From Promethearchaeota archaeon (lineage in GTDB: Archaea; Asgardarchaeota; Thorarchaeia; Thorarchaeales; Thorarchaeaceae): 64,000 bases of DNA. Below are positions 39,227-49,807 of this stretch, one piece after another. Below the pieces are notes generated by a model. That model ran no database searches and was not told where the DNA came from. It was given only the letters and a program-made list of their open reading frames with translations. Within the stretch, counting starts at the first letter, position 1. Each line of letters begins with the position of its first letter. The DNA lies in NCBI GenBank assembly GCA_014728035.1, contig WJMJ01000046.1, positions 158,136-222,135 on the forward strand, read 5' to 3'. Made by a program: the position numbers and the translations under genes.

Positions 39227-39847
39227 ATGTCGGGTGATACACGTAATACAATTAATATCGTGATTTCTGGAGTTGGCGGTCAAGGAGTTTTGACTCTTGC
39301 TGAAATCTTAGCAAAGACTGCACTAGCCAGTTCTCACAATGTACGAGTTGGAGAAATTCATGGAATGGCCCAAAGAGGGGGACATGTTGTATGTACTGTT
39401 CGCATTGGTCCAAATGCACATGGTCCTATTGTGGATCCGGGAACTGCAGATCTCCTAGTTGGATTCGAACCTGTTGAAACTTTGAGGGAGATTTCTTCCA
39501 TTAAACAAGATGGATATGTTCTACTGAGTACCCATGTCCAATATCCAGTATCTGTTTCAATGGGCAAATCAGAATATCCCTCTCAAAAGGAAATTCTTTC
39601 GGAGCTCAATAAGTTTACACCAAACATCTTTGAGATTGATGCTATGAAATTTGCAAAAAAGGCAGGAAGTAGTAGGTCTCTCAACATGGTTATGTTGGGA
39701 GCTATAATTGGAACTGGACTTACTCCTTTGACGAAACAAGCAGCTATAGAATCGGTAACATCTGCATTTTCGAAACGGTTTGAACCTATTAATAGTAGAG
39801 CTGTTGAATTGGGATTTGAGGAAATATCGAAGCAGTTCACTAAGTGA
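39227..39847 (+). CDS. iorB: Indolepyruvate:ferredoxin oxidoreductase beta
   Basis: GVGGQG, EIHGMAQRGG, NMVMLG. Confidence 0.93.
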   Translation: MSGDTRNTINIVISGVGGQGVLTLAEILAKTALASSHNVRVGEIHGMAQRGGHVVCTVRIGPNAHGPIVDPGTADLLVGFEPVETLREISSIKQDGYVLLSTHVQYPVSVSMGKSEYPSQKEILSELNKFTPNIFEIDAMKFAKKAGSSRSLNMVMLGAIIGTGLTPLTKQAAIESVTSAFSKRFEPINSRAVELGFEEISKQFTK

Positions 39848-39870
39848 AATTATTAGTTGTAATACACATA

Positions 39871-42225
39871 TTAGGGGCAGACATGTCTAGCAGCTGCAAC
39901 GGCAATCTGCCCTATTGATATTCCTCCATCACCCGGTGGAACTCGTTTGTGAATCAAAGGTTTGTATCCATTTTCTTCTACTATTTGGATGATTGTAGAA
40001 GTGATGATTCTGTTTAGAGCAACACCTCCTGAGAAACCTATGTATTCAGTGTCATTTTCTTCAGATGCATTTATTGCTATTTGTGCAAGTCCTTCTCCTA
40101 TAGTTTTTTGAGCAGAATAGGCAAGATTCTCAATTGCGGATCCTTCTTGTTTCTTCTCAATTATTTCTTGAAACATGGTTCTTATATCGAGTGTTTTCCC
40201 TCCATTTTTGAATGCTGGACCTAATCGCAAGTCGCTCTCTTTAGCAGCTGCTTCTAGTTTCATAGGACACTCTCCGTCGTAAGTGTTTTCAGAACATATT
40301 CCCAAAGCTAATGCTACTGCATCCAAATATCTTCCCACACTGGAACTCGATATTGAATTGATTCTTTTAGAAATTACTTTTTGTAATAATTGTATTACAT
40401 CAACTGAAGATTCTTGATTTGGTGCAACTTTTACCTTATGCGTCAACTCATGAATTTTTTCAGCATCCATATTATTTGCTAGTAATCCAATGAATGGTCT
40501 AATTGGATATCTCGCTGAGAGGTCGCCTCCAGGATATATCACCTGATCTACATTTCCATATTTCTTGAAATCTTTCAAACCACCGACCAGTACCTCTCCT
40601 CCCCACGCACTTCCATCAGAACCGTATCCATATCCGTCAGCAGTAATACAAGTAATATTTGTATTAATATCTAATCTGTGGTCAACTATAATTGAGGCTA
40701 AGTGCGCATGATGATGTTGAACTTTATACAGCGGAACTCTATGATGTTTGCTAAAATCTGAAGCAAATTCTGAACTCAAGAATTGTGGGTGTAGGTCACA
40801 TGCTATTCCCTCTATTTTGCTAACACCCAAAATATTCATCAAATTATTCAATGAAGCTTCCAAAAATTTTAGACTCTCTATTTTATCCGTGTCTCCAATA
40901 TGCTGTGTTGAATAAATAGCACCTGCTTTCAAAACAGCACCTGTTGCTTTTTCTTCAGGACCTACCGAGAGAAGAGAGAATCCATCCCATTCCTTAGACA
41001 ATAAAATTGGTTCAGGTACATATCCTCTAGCTCTGCGAATGAATACTGGTTGTTCCTTGGTTACGAACTTCAAAACTGAGTCATCAACGCGTTGATGAAT
41101 TTGTCTGTTATGTGTCAGTACGTAATCTGCAATATTTTTCAATTCTGACTTAATTCTTTCAGGATCAATATACATTGGAATCGATGTAGGATTTGCGCTT
41201 GTCATAACAAAAGCTGGCTCATCTGAATTTTGGAACATCAAATAATGCATTGGTGAATATGGCAACATTACTCCTATTGTATTGAGTTCTGGTGCAATCA
41301 GATTTAATGACTCTATTGGTATTACATTTATTGTTCGTAATACATCATAGTCTTCTTTCAATCTAATTAGGACTATTGGTCTTTTCCATGATCTAAGAAG
41401 TTGGGCTTCATGTATGCTAACATCACAAATTCTTTGCAGTGTTTCTAAATCGCGAATCATTATTGCAAAAGGTCTTTGATATCTTTTCTTTCTCTCTCGC
41501 AGCTTTTCTATTGGTTTAGGTGTTGATGTTTTTGTTACGAGATGTGTTCCTGAAATCCCTTGTATTGCAACAATCAATCCTTTATCAAGTATTTTCATTG
41601 TTCTCTCAATAAGATTTGTTTTACTAGTCTTTCCATCAATGAGTGAAGTTAGTGTATATCTTGGTCCACATTTTTCACAGGCAGTTGTTTGTGCATGATA
41701 TCTTCTATCCATTGGGTTTGTATAACCTTTATTACACGTATTACAAAGAGGGAATTCTCTCATTGTTGTATTAGGTCTATCGTATGGTAGGTCTTCAATT
41801 GTTGAATAACGAGGACCACATGCTGCACAAGAGGTGAATGGATAACTTCTCCACCTTGAATTTGGATCAGTCAAGTCCGAAACACATTGAGGACAAATTG
41901 CAATATCTGGAGGTATTTCTGGAATTGCACTGGGCGTCTTTTTCTCGGATGATTTTATTATTTCAAAATCTGTGTATCTTTCTTTGCTTTTAACCCACTC
42001 CAATTGAAATGATTCTATTCGTGATATCGATGGTGGATTATTTTTAATTTCCTGTGCTAGCTTTTGTATTTTGGACCTATTTCCCTGAACTGAAATTCTT
42101 ACTCCTGCATCCCCAAGATTGAGAACGTAACCCTTCAATCCCAGTTTCTTTGCAAATCTATACACAAAAGGTCTGAATCCAACTCCTTGGACAACCCCTG
42201 TTATATGAATCTCAGCTTCAATCAA
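39871..42225 (-). CDS. hypF: Hydrogenase maturation carbamoyltransferase
   Basis: GVVQGVGFRPFV, two Zn fingers, MTSAN, QHHHAH, PPGDGG. Confidence 0.96.
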   Translation of the reverse strand: MIEAEIHITGVVQGVGFRPFVYRFAKKLGLKGYVLNLGDAGVRISVQGNRSKIQKLAQEIKNNPPSISRIESFQLEWVKSKERYTDFEIIKSSEKKTPSAIPEIPPDIAICPQCVSDLTDPNSRWRSYPFTSCAACGPRYSTIEDLPYDRPNTTMREFPLCNTCNKGYTNPMDRRYHAQTTACEKCGPRYTLTSLIDGKTSKTNLIERTMKILDKGLIVAIQGISGTHLVTKTSTPKPIEKLRERKKRYQRPFAIMIRDLETLQRICDVSIHEAQLLRSWKRPIVLIRLKEDYDVLRTINVIPIESLNLIAPELNTIGVMLPYSPMHYLMFQNSDEPAFVMTSANPTSIPMYIDPERIKSELKNIADYVLTHNRQIHQRVDDSVLKFVTKEQPVFIRRARGYVPEPILLSKEWDGFSLLSVGPEEKATGAVLKAGAIYSTQHIGDTDKIESLKFLEASLNNLMNILGVSKIEGIACDLHPQFLSSEFASDFSKHHRVPLYKVQHHHAHLASIIVDHRLDINTNITCITADGYGYGSDGSAWGGEVLVGGLKDFKKYGNVDQVIYPGGDLSARYPIRPFIGLLANNMDAEKIHELTHKVKVAPNQESSVDVIQLLQKVISKRINSISSSSVGRYLDAVALALGICSENTYDGECPMKLEAAAKESDLRLGPAFKNGGKTLDIRTMFQEIIEKKQEGSAIENLAYSAQKTIGEGLAQIAINASEENDTEYIGFSGGVALNRIITSTIIQIVEENGYKPLIHKRVPPGDGGISIGQIAVAAARHVCP

Positions 42226-42352
42226 TTTTCAGTCACCTGTTTATCGTATAGAATGAAAAAATATTAACTCGATGAAGTAACAAATAATGTATTGCAAATA
42301 ATACTAGTAATACATTTTTCTATATGTCTTCTTAAGCACTAGTCTGTACATA

Positions 42353-42781
42353 TTGATGATAAAAGTGCGGTCCAATAGTGATCAACAAGACTCGATATAT
42401 TATGAACCTAAGACAACTCCTTCTATTCTTGCATCGATTCCAGATTGTTTGCGGATGATTCTTATGGATTCAGTTGAGAAATCTAAGGTTTCAAGAAAAT
42501 CTATTCTGGTTTCAAGTAATAGTTTAGCCAATCGGTTCATTCTGGATCGCTGGGATATAAGACCGTCTCAAAGAAGACGATATCGCAATCTATTTTCTAA
42601 GATTCGAAAACGATGCCGTAAGATATTCCAGTATCATTTAGCCCGAGGTCGTATTGAATGGACTGATAAATCAGATTCTTATCTACTAGGAGTTTTCAAA
42701 TTCGATGAGGTTCGGGGAAATTTAATTCTTGGATTTGTTCCCATCAGTAAAGACCAAGAATGGACAATGAAACCAAAATAG
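42353..42781 (+). CDS. Basic hypothetical protein, possible DNA-binding
   Basis: 142-aa ORF, Arg/Lys-rich helix followed by beta strands; no family recognised. Confidence 0.6.
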   Translation: MMIKVRSNSDQQDSIYYEPKTTPSILASIPDCLRMILMDSVEKSKVSRKSILVSSNSLANRFILDRWDIRPSQRRRYRNLFSKIRKRCRKIFQYHLARGRIEWTDKSDSYLLGVFKFDEVRGNLILGFVPISKDQEWTMKPK

Positions 42782-42983
42782 TGCTGTAATACAAGTAATA
42801 TTACTAATACTATGCTCTTCTCATTTTCAAATATGTTTATCAGGAATCATGTATACGAAAGTGTATCCGTATAGAAACCCTGAACGCCGTATTATTTAAA
42901 ACGCCTAATATCTCTTTAAAGTGAAATATGGGCACTAATAGGCCTTATTTAGATGAGCTGTTTTCTTCAATGAGCTGAACAAA

Positions 42984-43526
42984 ATGAAAAGCAATAAAGA
43001 CACCTTTGACAAGAAAGAAATTTTGAATCTTGCAAAAAATGCACGTCAGGTTTTAAGTGAACCAATTTTACAGGTTCTACTCAAAGAATCAACTTTGACT
43101 GAAACTCAGTTAGAAACATTATTGATTGATTTGCTTGTAGAAGATAATCTTGGAAGTCATATCCCATATGACGAAAAAGCATCTTTAAGATCCGTAGATA
43201 GAAAGAAACGTAAAGGCGTTTCGAGAGGTTCTTTTAATCGTACATTGCGCCAAGCAAGAAAGAATGTGACCAAGAGCATCTATACAATGTTGTTACTTGC
43301 TTATCTTGGTTTATTTGAAATCTCTATATTTCGTCCTTTTGAGGAGGTCGCAGGAAAAATTGCCAATTATAGGAATATTCGTTCTGTTTTATCGGGTAAA
43401 CAGGATTTGAGCAAAGAAGAGGTTGAGAGCTTTCGAACCTCTGAAAAGATGATTCAAGATGCTATTCAAGAATTAATTTCACCACTTTCTTTAAAGAGCG
43501 AGCTCTCTAAACGAAAATCAGATTAA
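42984..43526 (+). CDS. Tfx/sigma-region-4-like HTH protein
   Basis: STLTETQLETL...GVSRGSFNRTLRQARKNV.KSIYT pattern. Confidence 0.6.
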   Translation: MKSNKDTFDKKEILNLAKNARQVLSEPILQVLLKESTLTETQLETLLIDLLVEDNLGSHIPYDEKASLRSVDRKKRKGVSRGSFNRTLRQARKNVTKSIYTMLLLAYLGLFEISIFRPFEEVAGKIANYRNIRSVLSGKQDLSKEEVESFRTSEKMIQDAIQELISPLSLKSELSKRKSD

Positions 43527-43955
43527 TGTAATACAATAAATACAACTATTAGAATTCAAAATTTATTTGGATGTGCTTTTGACAGTATACTTACTTTATT
43601 GATCTGTTATTCCATTAAATAGAAAAAGAATAAACGGCACGAGCATGTCATGACATTCCATTGAATCGGTTTATTCGATTCATCGTAGTCATCTTTGGAG
43701 GTATTGCGTGAGGAGATAGAGATGAAAACGACAGGCCGAACAATGGACTTGAAAATCCATATGCCGAACCAATGTCATAATCATGACATACTCATTCTAG
43801 TATGTGAACATAGTTATACATAGTTCTAATCTTAGAACGGGGTTTTTTTCATGATTTTTTACAGGAATTGACAGTAAGTTACTGTATTACAATTAATAGT
43901 GCTATCACACAAATAAGATTTAAGAAAAATCTATACTTCTATATCCTGGTGTTAT

Positions 43956-45170
43956 TTGTTTTTGTCAAAAGATGATTTGGAACGCTTACTGAAATATGCA
44001 AGGAATCATTCAAATAGCCTCCTCGAAAAGAAGCAGGCTCAGTATCTCTCTCAGTGTATCGGAGACAGACGTGAGAAAGACCTACTTGATAGTCTGCTTG
44101 CAATAGAAGAATCATCTGGTTGGAAACAGTCAGTTAGGCTATTAGAGTCATCATTATCTTGTGAATATATGGTTCCTCCTGGTTTTGGAAAAGAAAAAAT
44201 AAATCTAGAAACTTTGAAAGCTCGTGAAGTAATTTTTTCTCTGTTTGGAAGTCGCGGTTTGGAGCCCGTCGGTGTAGAAATAGATACTCTACTTTCTTTT
44301 TGCATGAAATGTGAAAGTTATATTGAAGCAAAGAATGCCTTCTATGATTTTGTTTTAAGGACTTCTTTAAATCAGATTAAATCAGGCAACTCACTTTTTT
44401 TTCAATATGATCTATCTTTGATTCCTGAACTGACGGAAGTAGAGAAAATAAGAACGGAGAAACTCAATGAAATCGTAATCCCTGTTAATGATGAAATCTA
44501 TGATATACGCAGTTTATGGTATACAGAATATGGTCGACAAGCGTTAGTTGACTCTTGTATACGTGGTTTTGTTGTTGACAAAGATGAATTTGAAAATATA
44601 ATACTTGTATTACAAACAATACTGCAAAAGGAGGTAAAAATCACAATTGAAGAATCTGAAAAAACAATCCCTAAAACACCTCCTCGTTTATATCCTCTAT
44701 ATTCAAACTTGTTAGATGCACTAATCTCACACGATATATTTCAGCTTCAAGAATTAGGAAGTGAACACTGTACGAACACTCTTGTTTACCATACAAGATT
44801 ATCAAGTTCTGCTTACAAACGTTTACCAACTTCTTTTACGTATAGTCGTTTCTTAGAGCTCATTAAAGCACATGTTAGAGTACGATCTCTCTTTTCAATA
44901 TCTCTCCTTGAAGAATTAATACACTCCAAAATACAAAGGATAGCAGCTCCTGCTATTAGTGCTTTAGGAAATATTTACCATCCTTCTTCGGTGTCAGTTT
45001 TAGCTGATTTTATTTGCGAAAGCCGAAACTCTACTTTAGTTTCACAGGCTATTAGAGCATTGGAGACCGTACGTAATCGAACAACTGAAACGGACCACAT
45101 TCTCCTACATAGGATGAAACAGTCGGATTGTATTAATTCTTCAAAACTGAGGGTATTATTGAAAAGGTAA
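43956..45170 (+). CDS. Hypothetical helical protein with C-terminal HEAT-like repeats
   Basis: AISALGNI...SV..L and AIRALE repeats. Confidence 0.6.
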   Translation: MFLSKDDLERLLKYARNHSNSLLEKKQAQYLSQCIGDRREKDLLDSLLAIEESSGWKQSVRLLESSLSCEYMVPPGFGKEKINLETLKAREVIFSLFGSRGLEPVGVEIDTLLSFCMKCESYIEAKNAFYDFVLRTSLNQIKSGNSLFFQYDLSLIPELTEVEKIRTEKLNEIVIPVNDEIYDIRSLWYTEYGRQALVDSCIRGFVVDKDEFENIILVLQTILQKEVKITIEESEKTIPKTPPRLYPLYSNLLDALISHDIFQLQELGSEHCTNTLVYHTRLSSSAYKRLPTSFTYSRFLELIKAHVRVRSLFSISLLEELIHSKIQRIAAPAISALGNIYHPSSVSVLADFICESRNSTLVSQAIRALETVRNRTTETDHILLHRMKQSDCINSSKLRVLLKR

Positions 45171-45246
45171 TATTTGTATTATTAATAATATTTGTAATAC
45201 ATAATCACGACACATATAAATTTGAATCTTGTCCGACTCCTAGATT

Positions 45247-46641
45247 ATGACATCAGTATCGCCTAACTCGTCCAGTGTTATTGACTCGTTTTTCAATCCA
45301 CGAAATGTTGCTTTAATTGGTGCTTCTTCTGATTATAGGAAATTAGGGAATTCAATTCTTATGAATTTGCTAGCTTCTGAAATCAACGTATATCCTATTA
45401 CACGTAATAGAGATCGTGTATTAGGTGTAAAAGCATATTCTAGCTTAGATGATTTACCTGAGCCAGTTGATTTAGTAATTATTGCTATCAGCGCTAAGTA
45501 TTGTCCAGGTCTTATGCCCGATGTGCGTAGAGCGGGATCAAAGAATGCTGTAATTATTTCAGGTGGTTTTAGCGAAACTGGAGAAAATGGCGAAGCATTA
45601 GAAAAGGCTCTTGTGGAATCAGCAGCAAGTGAAGGTGTACGATTTATTGGTCCAAACTGTGTAGGTGTGTCAAATAGTCGTCTATTTAATGGTACTTTTA
45701 CAATGATGCCAGAACGAGGAAATATCGCATTCATTTCTCAAAGCGGTGCGTTAGGTGGGATGTTGATATATACTACCCGTCAAAAACGAATTGGAATAAG
45801 TAAATTTGCTAGTATTGGTAATGCGGCAGATGTTAGCTTTGTTGAAATTTTAGATTACTTCAAAGAAGATGATCGTAGCAATGTAATTGCTGTTTATGTA
45901 GAAGGTGTTGAAAATGGTCGAGCATTCTATGAATCATTAAGCCAAGCTGCAAGGAAGAAACCAGTTGTTGTATTAAAGGGTGGGCGAAGTGAAGTAGGCA
46001 GTAGAGCTACTCTTTCACATACCGGTTCGCTTGCTGGTTCAACTCAAGTTTTTGATGGCATGATTCGTCAAAGTGGCTGTGTAACAGCTCCAACTCTTGA
46101 CACTCTGCTTGAAATTGCAAAACTTTTTGATTATCAACCACTTCCTTCTGGTCGTAATATTGGTATTATTAGTAATACAGGTGGTGCAGGAGTTCTTGCT
46201 ACCGATGCATCAGCAAATTTTGGATTGCGAATTCCTTCTTTGTCGGAAACAACTCGAAAAGAGCTAAGGCAAGTTTTGTCTCCTATGGCATCCATTGAAA
46301 ATCCTATTGATGTTGTTGCTAGTGGTGGTCGACGTGAATACCGAATTACAACCGAATTGATGTTAAGAGACCCAAACATCGATATGCTTCTTGTGATTTG
46401 TGCTGTTCCAACTTTTGCAGGTATGACTCAAACTGAACATGCTGCAGGTACTTTAGAAGGTGTAAGAATATCCGAAACCGATAAACCCGTTCTGGGTGTT
46501 TGGCTAGCTGGTGATGTTGGAAAACCAGGAAAAGATCTTCTTGAGATGAATCGCATTCCCTGCTATGATGATCCTTTTACTGCTGCCATCTGCATGGCAC
46601 GAGTCCTGGATTATGTTGATTTCAGGTCAAATCATTTATAG
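45247..46641 (+). CDS. acdA: Acyl-CoA synthetase (NDP-forming) alpha subunit
   Basis: VALIGAS, SGGFSE, GPNCVG, SQSGA, SHTGSLAG, NPID. Confidence 0.9.
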   Translation: MTSVSPNSSSVIDSFFNPRNVALIGASSDYRKLGNSILMNLLASEINVYPITRNRDRVLGVKAYSSLDDLPEPVDLVIIAISAKYCPGLMPDVRRAGSKNAVIISGGFSETGENGEALEKALVESAASEGVRFIGPNCVGVSNSRLFNGTFTMMPERGNIAFISQSGALGGMLIYTTRQKRIGISKFASIGNAADVSFVEILDYFKEDDRSNVIAVYVEGVENGRAFYESLSQAARKKPVVVLKGGRSEVGSRATLSHTGSLAGSTQVFDGMIRQSGCVTAPTLDTLLEIAKLFDYQPLPSGRNIGIISNTGGAGVLATDASANFGLRIPSLSETTRKELRQVLSPMASIENPIDVVASGGRREYRITTELMLRDPNIDMLLVICAVPTFAGMTQTEHAAGTLEGVRISETDKPVLGVWLAGDVGKPGKDLLEMNRIPCYDDPFTAAICMARVLDYVDFRSNHL

Positions 46642-46880
46642 ATGGGATTCTTTCTATTTATTGTAATACATTTATTACGGAAGCGTATTCAACAAATCTC
46701 TTTATAATTGAAGCGAGTCATAGCTGGTTGTAAAACTCATTTTGAAATCTTTATTTCTATTTAGTTTTAATTCAATATTGATCTAGTGTGTCTACTATCA
46801 GCAGCTTCTTTTGTGTTCAATTGTATGGAATGACTCTATGTAATCGAATCACTATATTAGTTGTAATACATCAAATACAG

Positions 46881-47198
46881 TTAATCGAAGTATTTTTCAG
46901 CAATTTTAGGATAGTGTTCAACAATAGCTTCCCGAAGTCTTCTTTCAACCCACATAGATAGATTAATTGCATACTCTTCTCTAACTGCTTGAAGACATTC
47001 TCGTAGATCTGTAGCAACACTAAATGATATAATTGGGCTTCTTCTTTCACTGTTTGGTACTGCTTCAGTAGCTTTTTCTGTCTTTGGCTCTTTTTTTGGT
47101 TTTTTCGGAGTTTTTCGGATAGTCGTTTCCTCAGAAACTTCCTTTTCCACCTCTTCTTCTTTGTCAGTTTCTTTTCGATATTTTCCAAGAAGACTCAA
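46881..47198 (-). CDS. Ribbon-helix-helix protein with charged, disordered N-terminal tail
   Basis: IISFSV strand, TDLRECLQAVREEY helix, INLS turn, MWVERRLREAI helix; abuts the AAA+ gene. Confidence 0.65.
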   Translation of the reverse strand: MSLLGKYRKETDKEEEVEKEVSEETTIRKTPKKPKKEPKTEKATEAVPNSERRSPIISFSVATDLRECLQAVREEYAINLSMWVERRLREAIVEHYPKIAEKYFD

Positions 47199-48173
47199 TT
47201 ATCTAACCTCCTTTAGAATTGATTCATACGCATTTGATACTAACTCTGCAATTTTTGAGTCAACTTTTGCATTTTTTGATTGTTTAAATCCTTCAGCAGC
47301 AACTTGTTGACAACCTCTAGCGAGCATTCGAAGGTCTCTTGGATTTCCTCCCGCAGCATCATTCAGAATTTTAATTGCATCCTCAGTAAAGGGATATATT
47401 GAAAATTCATCTGAATTGAATGTATCAATTTTCCCTTGAGCGTATGCTATTCTTCTACCGATGAATTCGAGAGCTTGATCGAAATTAAGAGGCGGGACAT
47501 CAAGTGGCTCTGTTCGATCAGCTATCTGTGGAAGATACGCCATCATAGCATTCCAATATTCTCTTGTCCCTGACATTATCAAAGTCACTACCGGTTCATC
47601 AAGAGCTCCTCCAAACTCATCTTTCATTTCTTCGCTTGGGAGGTCAGCCAAATATCTCAATTTATGAAATGATGCCTCTTGATTATCTGCAACATCTTCA
47701 ATGAATAATGCAGTTCTACATTGCTCTTCTACATATCGTCGAACACATTCATCTGCCACAGCTTCGATAATTTGACTTGATTCCCAAGATCGTCGATACT
47801 TTATTTTTAGAGAATCTGCAATAGCTGCAGACATCTGTTTCTCATATAGTCCTGTCATTCCAACATATCCAGTTACGAATTTATTTCCTCTTCTGTCTGC
47901 CAATGTTGGAAGGTCTCTAAGGGCTAAGAGCATGAGGGTGCTTTTACCAGAACCAACAGGACCTCTCAAAAAAATATGTCTTTCATTGGTGAGTACTAAA
48001 TCAACAATCGAATCTAAAAATGCAGGATGCTCCACATAGAGTCTGGATTCTGGCATTTTGAATCCACGAAATGGTGAAAATCTAGCTCCAATGTGTTCTT
48101 CCCAGGCCTGTAATGTTTCTTTTCTTGTATTGAAATGCCTGATCAGAGCTGATTCATGAATTGCAATTGTCAT
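47199..48173 (-). CDS. ExeA/AAA_22-like AAA+ ATPase
   Basis: N-terminal SPF, GPVGSGKST, Walker B LFIED, LIMSG, DR finger, PFTEDAI..AGGNPRDL. Confidence 0.8.
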   Translation of the reverse strand: MTIAIHESALIRHFNTRKETLQAWEEHIGARFSPFRGFKMPESRLYVEHPAFLDSIVDLVLTNERHIFLRGPVGSGKSTLMLLALRDLPTLADRRGNKFVTGYVGMTGLYEKQMSAAIADSLKIKYRRSWESSQIIEAVADECVRRYVEEQCRTALFIEDVADNQEASFHKLRYLADLPSEEMKDEFGGALDEPVVTLIMSGTREYWNAMMAYLPQIADRTEPLDVPPLNFDQALEFIGRRIAYAQGKIDTFNSDEFSIYPFTEDAIKILNDAAGGNPRDLRMLARGCQQVAAEGFKQSKNAKVDSKIAELVSNAYESILKEVR

Positions 48174-48351
48174 ATTGTATTACATATATTAGTCGTATAA
48201 AAACATTGACCCAGTATTCTCTTACTGAAAAATGCATAGATGTCTTTGTATTATGTGTTTTTTTTGTTAGCAGTCGCAATCTTTTTCAAGCAACAGTTAT
48301 GCAAAAGAATGCAATCAACATACTGGTTTATCTCATCCAGAGGTTATAAAA

Positions 48352-48630
48352 ATGCAAAACGAACATCTGAAAAACGTACTGAACTCGCTTATGATAATCA
48401 GCTTTCTTATCTTCGGAGGGCTTTCCGCTATACTTCTTATTACAGATGCCCCTCTGGTTGGCGCTACCGTTGCTTTGCCATTTGCCTTTCTGTATATTTC
48501 CATGATGACTCTTGTCGTCACAGCACAGATATCAGATCATCCATCCCAGACTGGAAGGTTCCTACGTGACTGGTTACTAATGGTTTCCTTTGGGATTGTT
48601 TTCTGCGCATTGGTACTTGCTTTTGCATAA
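48352..48630 (+). CDS. Small three-TM membrane protein
   Basis: Three hydrophobic segments. Confidence 0.6.
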   Translation: MQNEHLKNVLNSLMIISFLIFGGLSAILLITDAPLVGATVALPFAFLYISMMTLVVTAQISDHPSQTGRFLRDWLLMVSFGIVFCALVLAFA

Positions 48631-48701
48631 GCCAGTGTTCTCTATCACAATAGTTTTAGCAGTTCATACAATGCTCTATCTATCATCTTCCTGCCTTTGA
48701 A

Positions 48702-49337
48702 GTGATTGAAATGAGTCAGATTCTTCCAGGTACAAAAACCACTCGGATGGAACTTTTGCGATTGAAAAATCGGAAACGACTGGCCGAACGTGGTCACAAC
48801 CTTTTGAAAGAAAAACGTGACTCTCTTATCATGGAATTTTTCAATGCTATTGCTGAAATCAAAGAAGCTAGAGAGCAAGTAGAAGAAGCTCTTGAAATTG
48901 CATTTTCTGCGTTGACTCAAGCGAAGATGATAATGGGCCCTTCTCGTGTGGTTGAGTTTGCACAAGCTAGCAAAACAAAAGCTGATCTGAGTATTAGTAC
49001 TAGGTCAATGATGGGTGTACGGGTACCAGTTCTCTCATTGGATCATGAAGAACCAGAACTACCATATTCACTTCCTGATTCGTCTGTAAAACTTGATACT
49101 ATGAGTACTAAGTTTTGCGAAGCACTGAAAGCTATCATACGATTAGCTGAAGTGGAATCTACTGTTAAACGACTTGCTCTTGAAATTGAGCGAACCAAAC
49201 GAAGAGTTTCTGCTCTTGAAAATGTCGTCATTCCTAGACTCGATAACACCGTCCGTTTCGTTAAGCTTGCTCTTGAAGAAAGAGAACGTGAAGATTTCTT
49301 CAGAATACGTCTCATAAGAGACCGAATTACAGACTGA
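48702..49337 (+). CDS. atpD: A/V-type ATP synthase subunit D
   Basis: TRMELL.LK, GHNLLKEKRD, TKRRVSALE.V.IP. Confidence 0.93.
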   Translation: MIEMSQILPGTKTTRMELLRLKNRKRLAERGHNLLKEKRDSLIMEFFNAIAEIKEAREQVEEALEIAFSALTQAKMIMGPSRVVEFAQASKTKADLSISTRSMMGVRVPVLSLDHEEPELPYSLPDSSVKLDTMSTKFCEALKAIIRLAEVESTVKRLALEIERTKRRVSALENVVIPRLDNTVRFVKLALEEREREDFFRIRLIRDRITD

Positions 49338-49364
49338 TGAACTGTAATACATGTATTGCTTAAG

Positions 49365-49748
49365 CTATTTGTGTCTGAGTTTCAGAATAGCTGCAGCGAG
49401 GTCTCCTTCTGTTTCTTTCAACGCCTCTGTTGCTTCCTCTATTGAAACATTAGTCTGACTAGCCACAAGAGCAGCATCTTCTTTGGGTATTTCTACTTCT
49501 TTTTTGATCGGTGCTGCATCATCCGATACTCCGTCTGTAGTTAATCCTCTTTCTGTTTTTTCGCCTGATATTTGAAATGATTCGCTGCCAGCTTGTTTCA
49601 CCAGAGCTACTTGTGGTTTAGAAATTAACCATTCTTTGTCTTCGAATCTTATAATGACTTCAGTAACACCACTGATGTCTTTCTGTTCTATTCCCATTTT
49701 CTTCATCATTCGAGCGAGTTGCTTTGGTGACATTCCTCTAAATCCCAT
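49365..49748 (-). CDS. nac: Nascent polypeptide-associated complex protein
   Basis: MMKKMGI, EVIIR, C-terminal UBA LVASQ..GDLAAAI. Confidence 0.92.
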   Translation of the reverse strand: MGFRGMSPKQLARMMKKMGIEQKDISGVTEVIIRFEDKEWLISKPQVALVKQAGSESFQISGEKTERGLTTDGVSDDAAPIKKEVEIPKEDAALVASQTNVSIEEATEALKETEGDLAAAILKLRHK

Positions 49749-49807
49749 GGTCTAACCTCATTCTAATGTTCCTGTATTGACTGAGAACAGACTGGATAAA
49801 ATAATTA

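Noticed and set aside
47199-48173. Second Cdc6 or transposon TnsC/TniB
   Set aside because: Lacks the Cdc6 C-terminal winged helix, and no transposase or terminal repeats are nearby.
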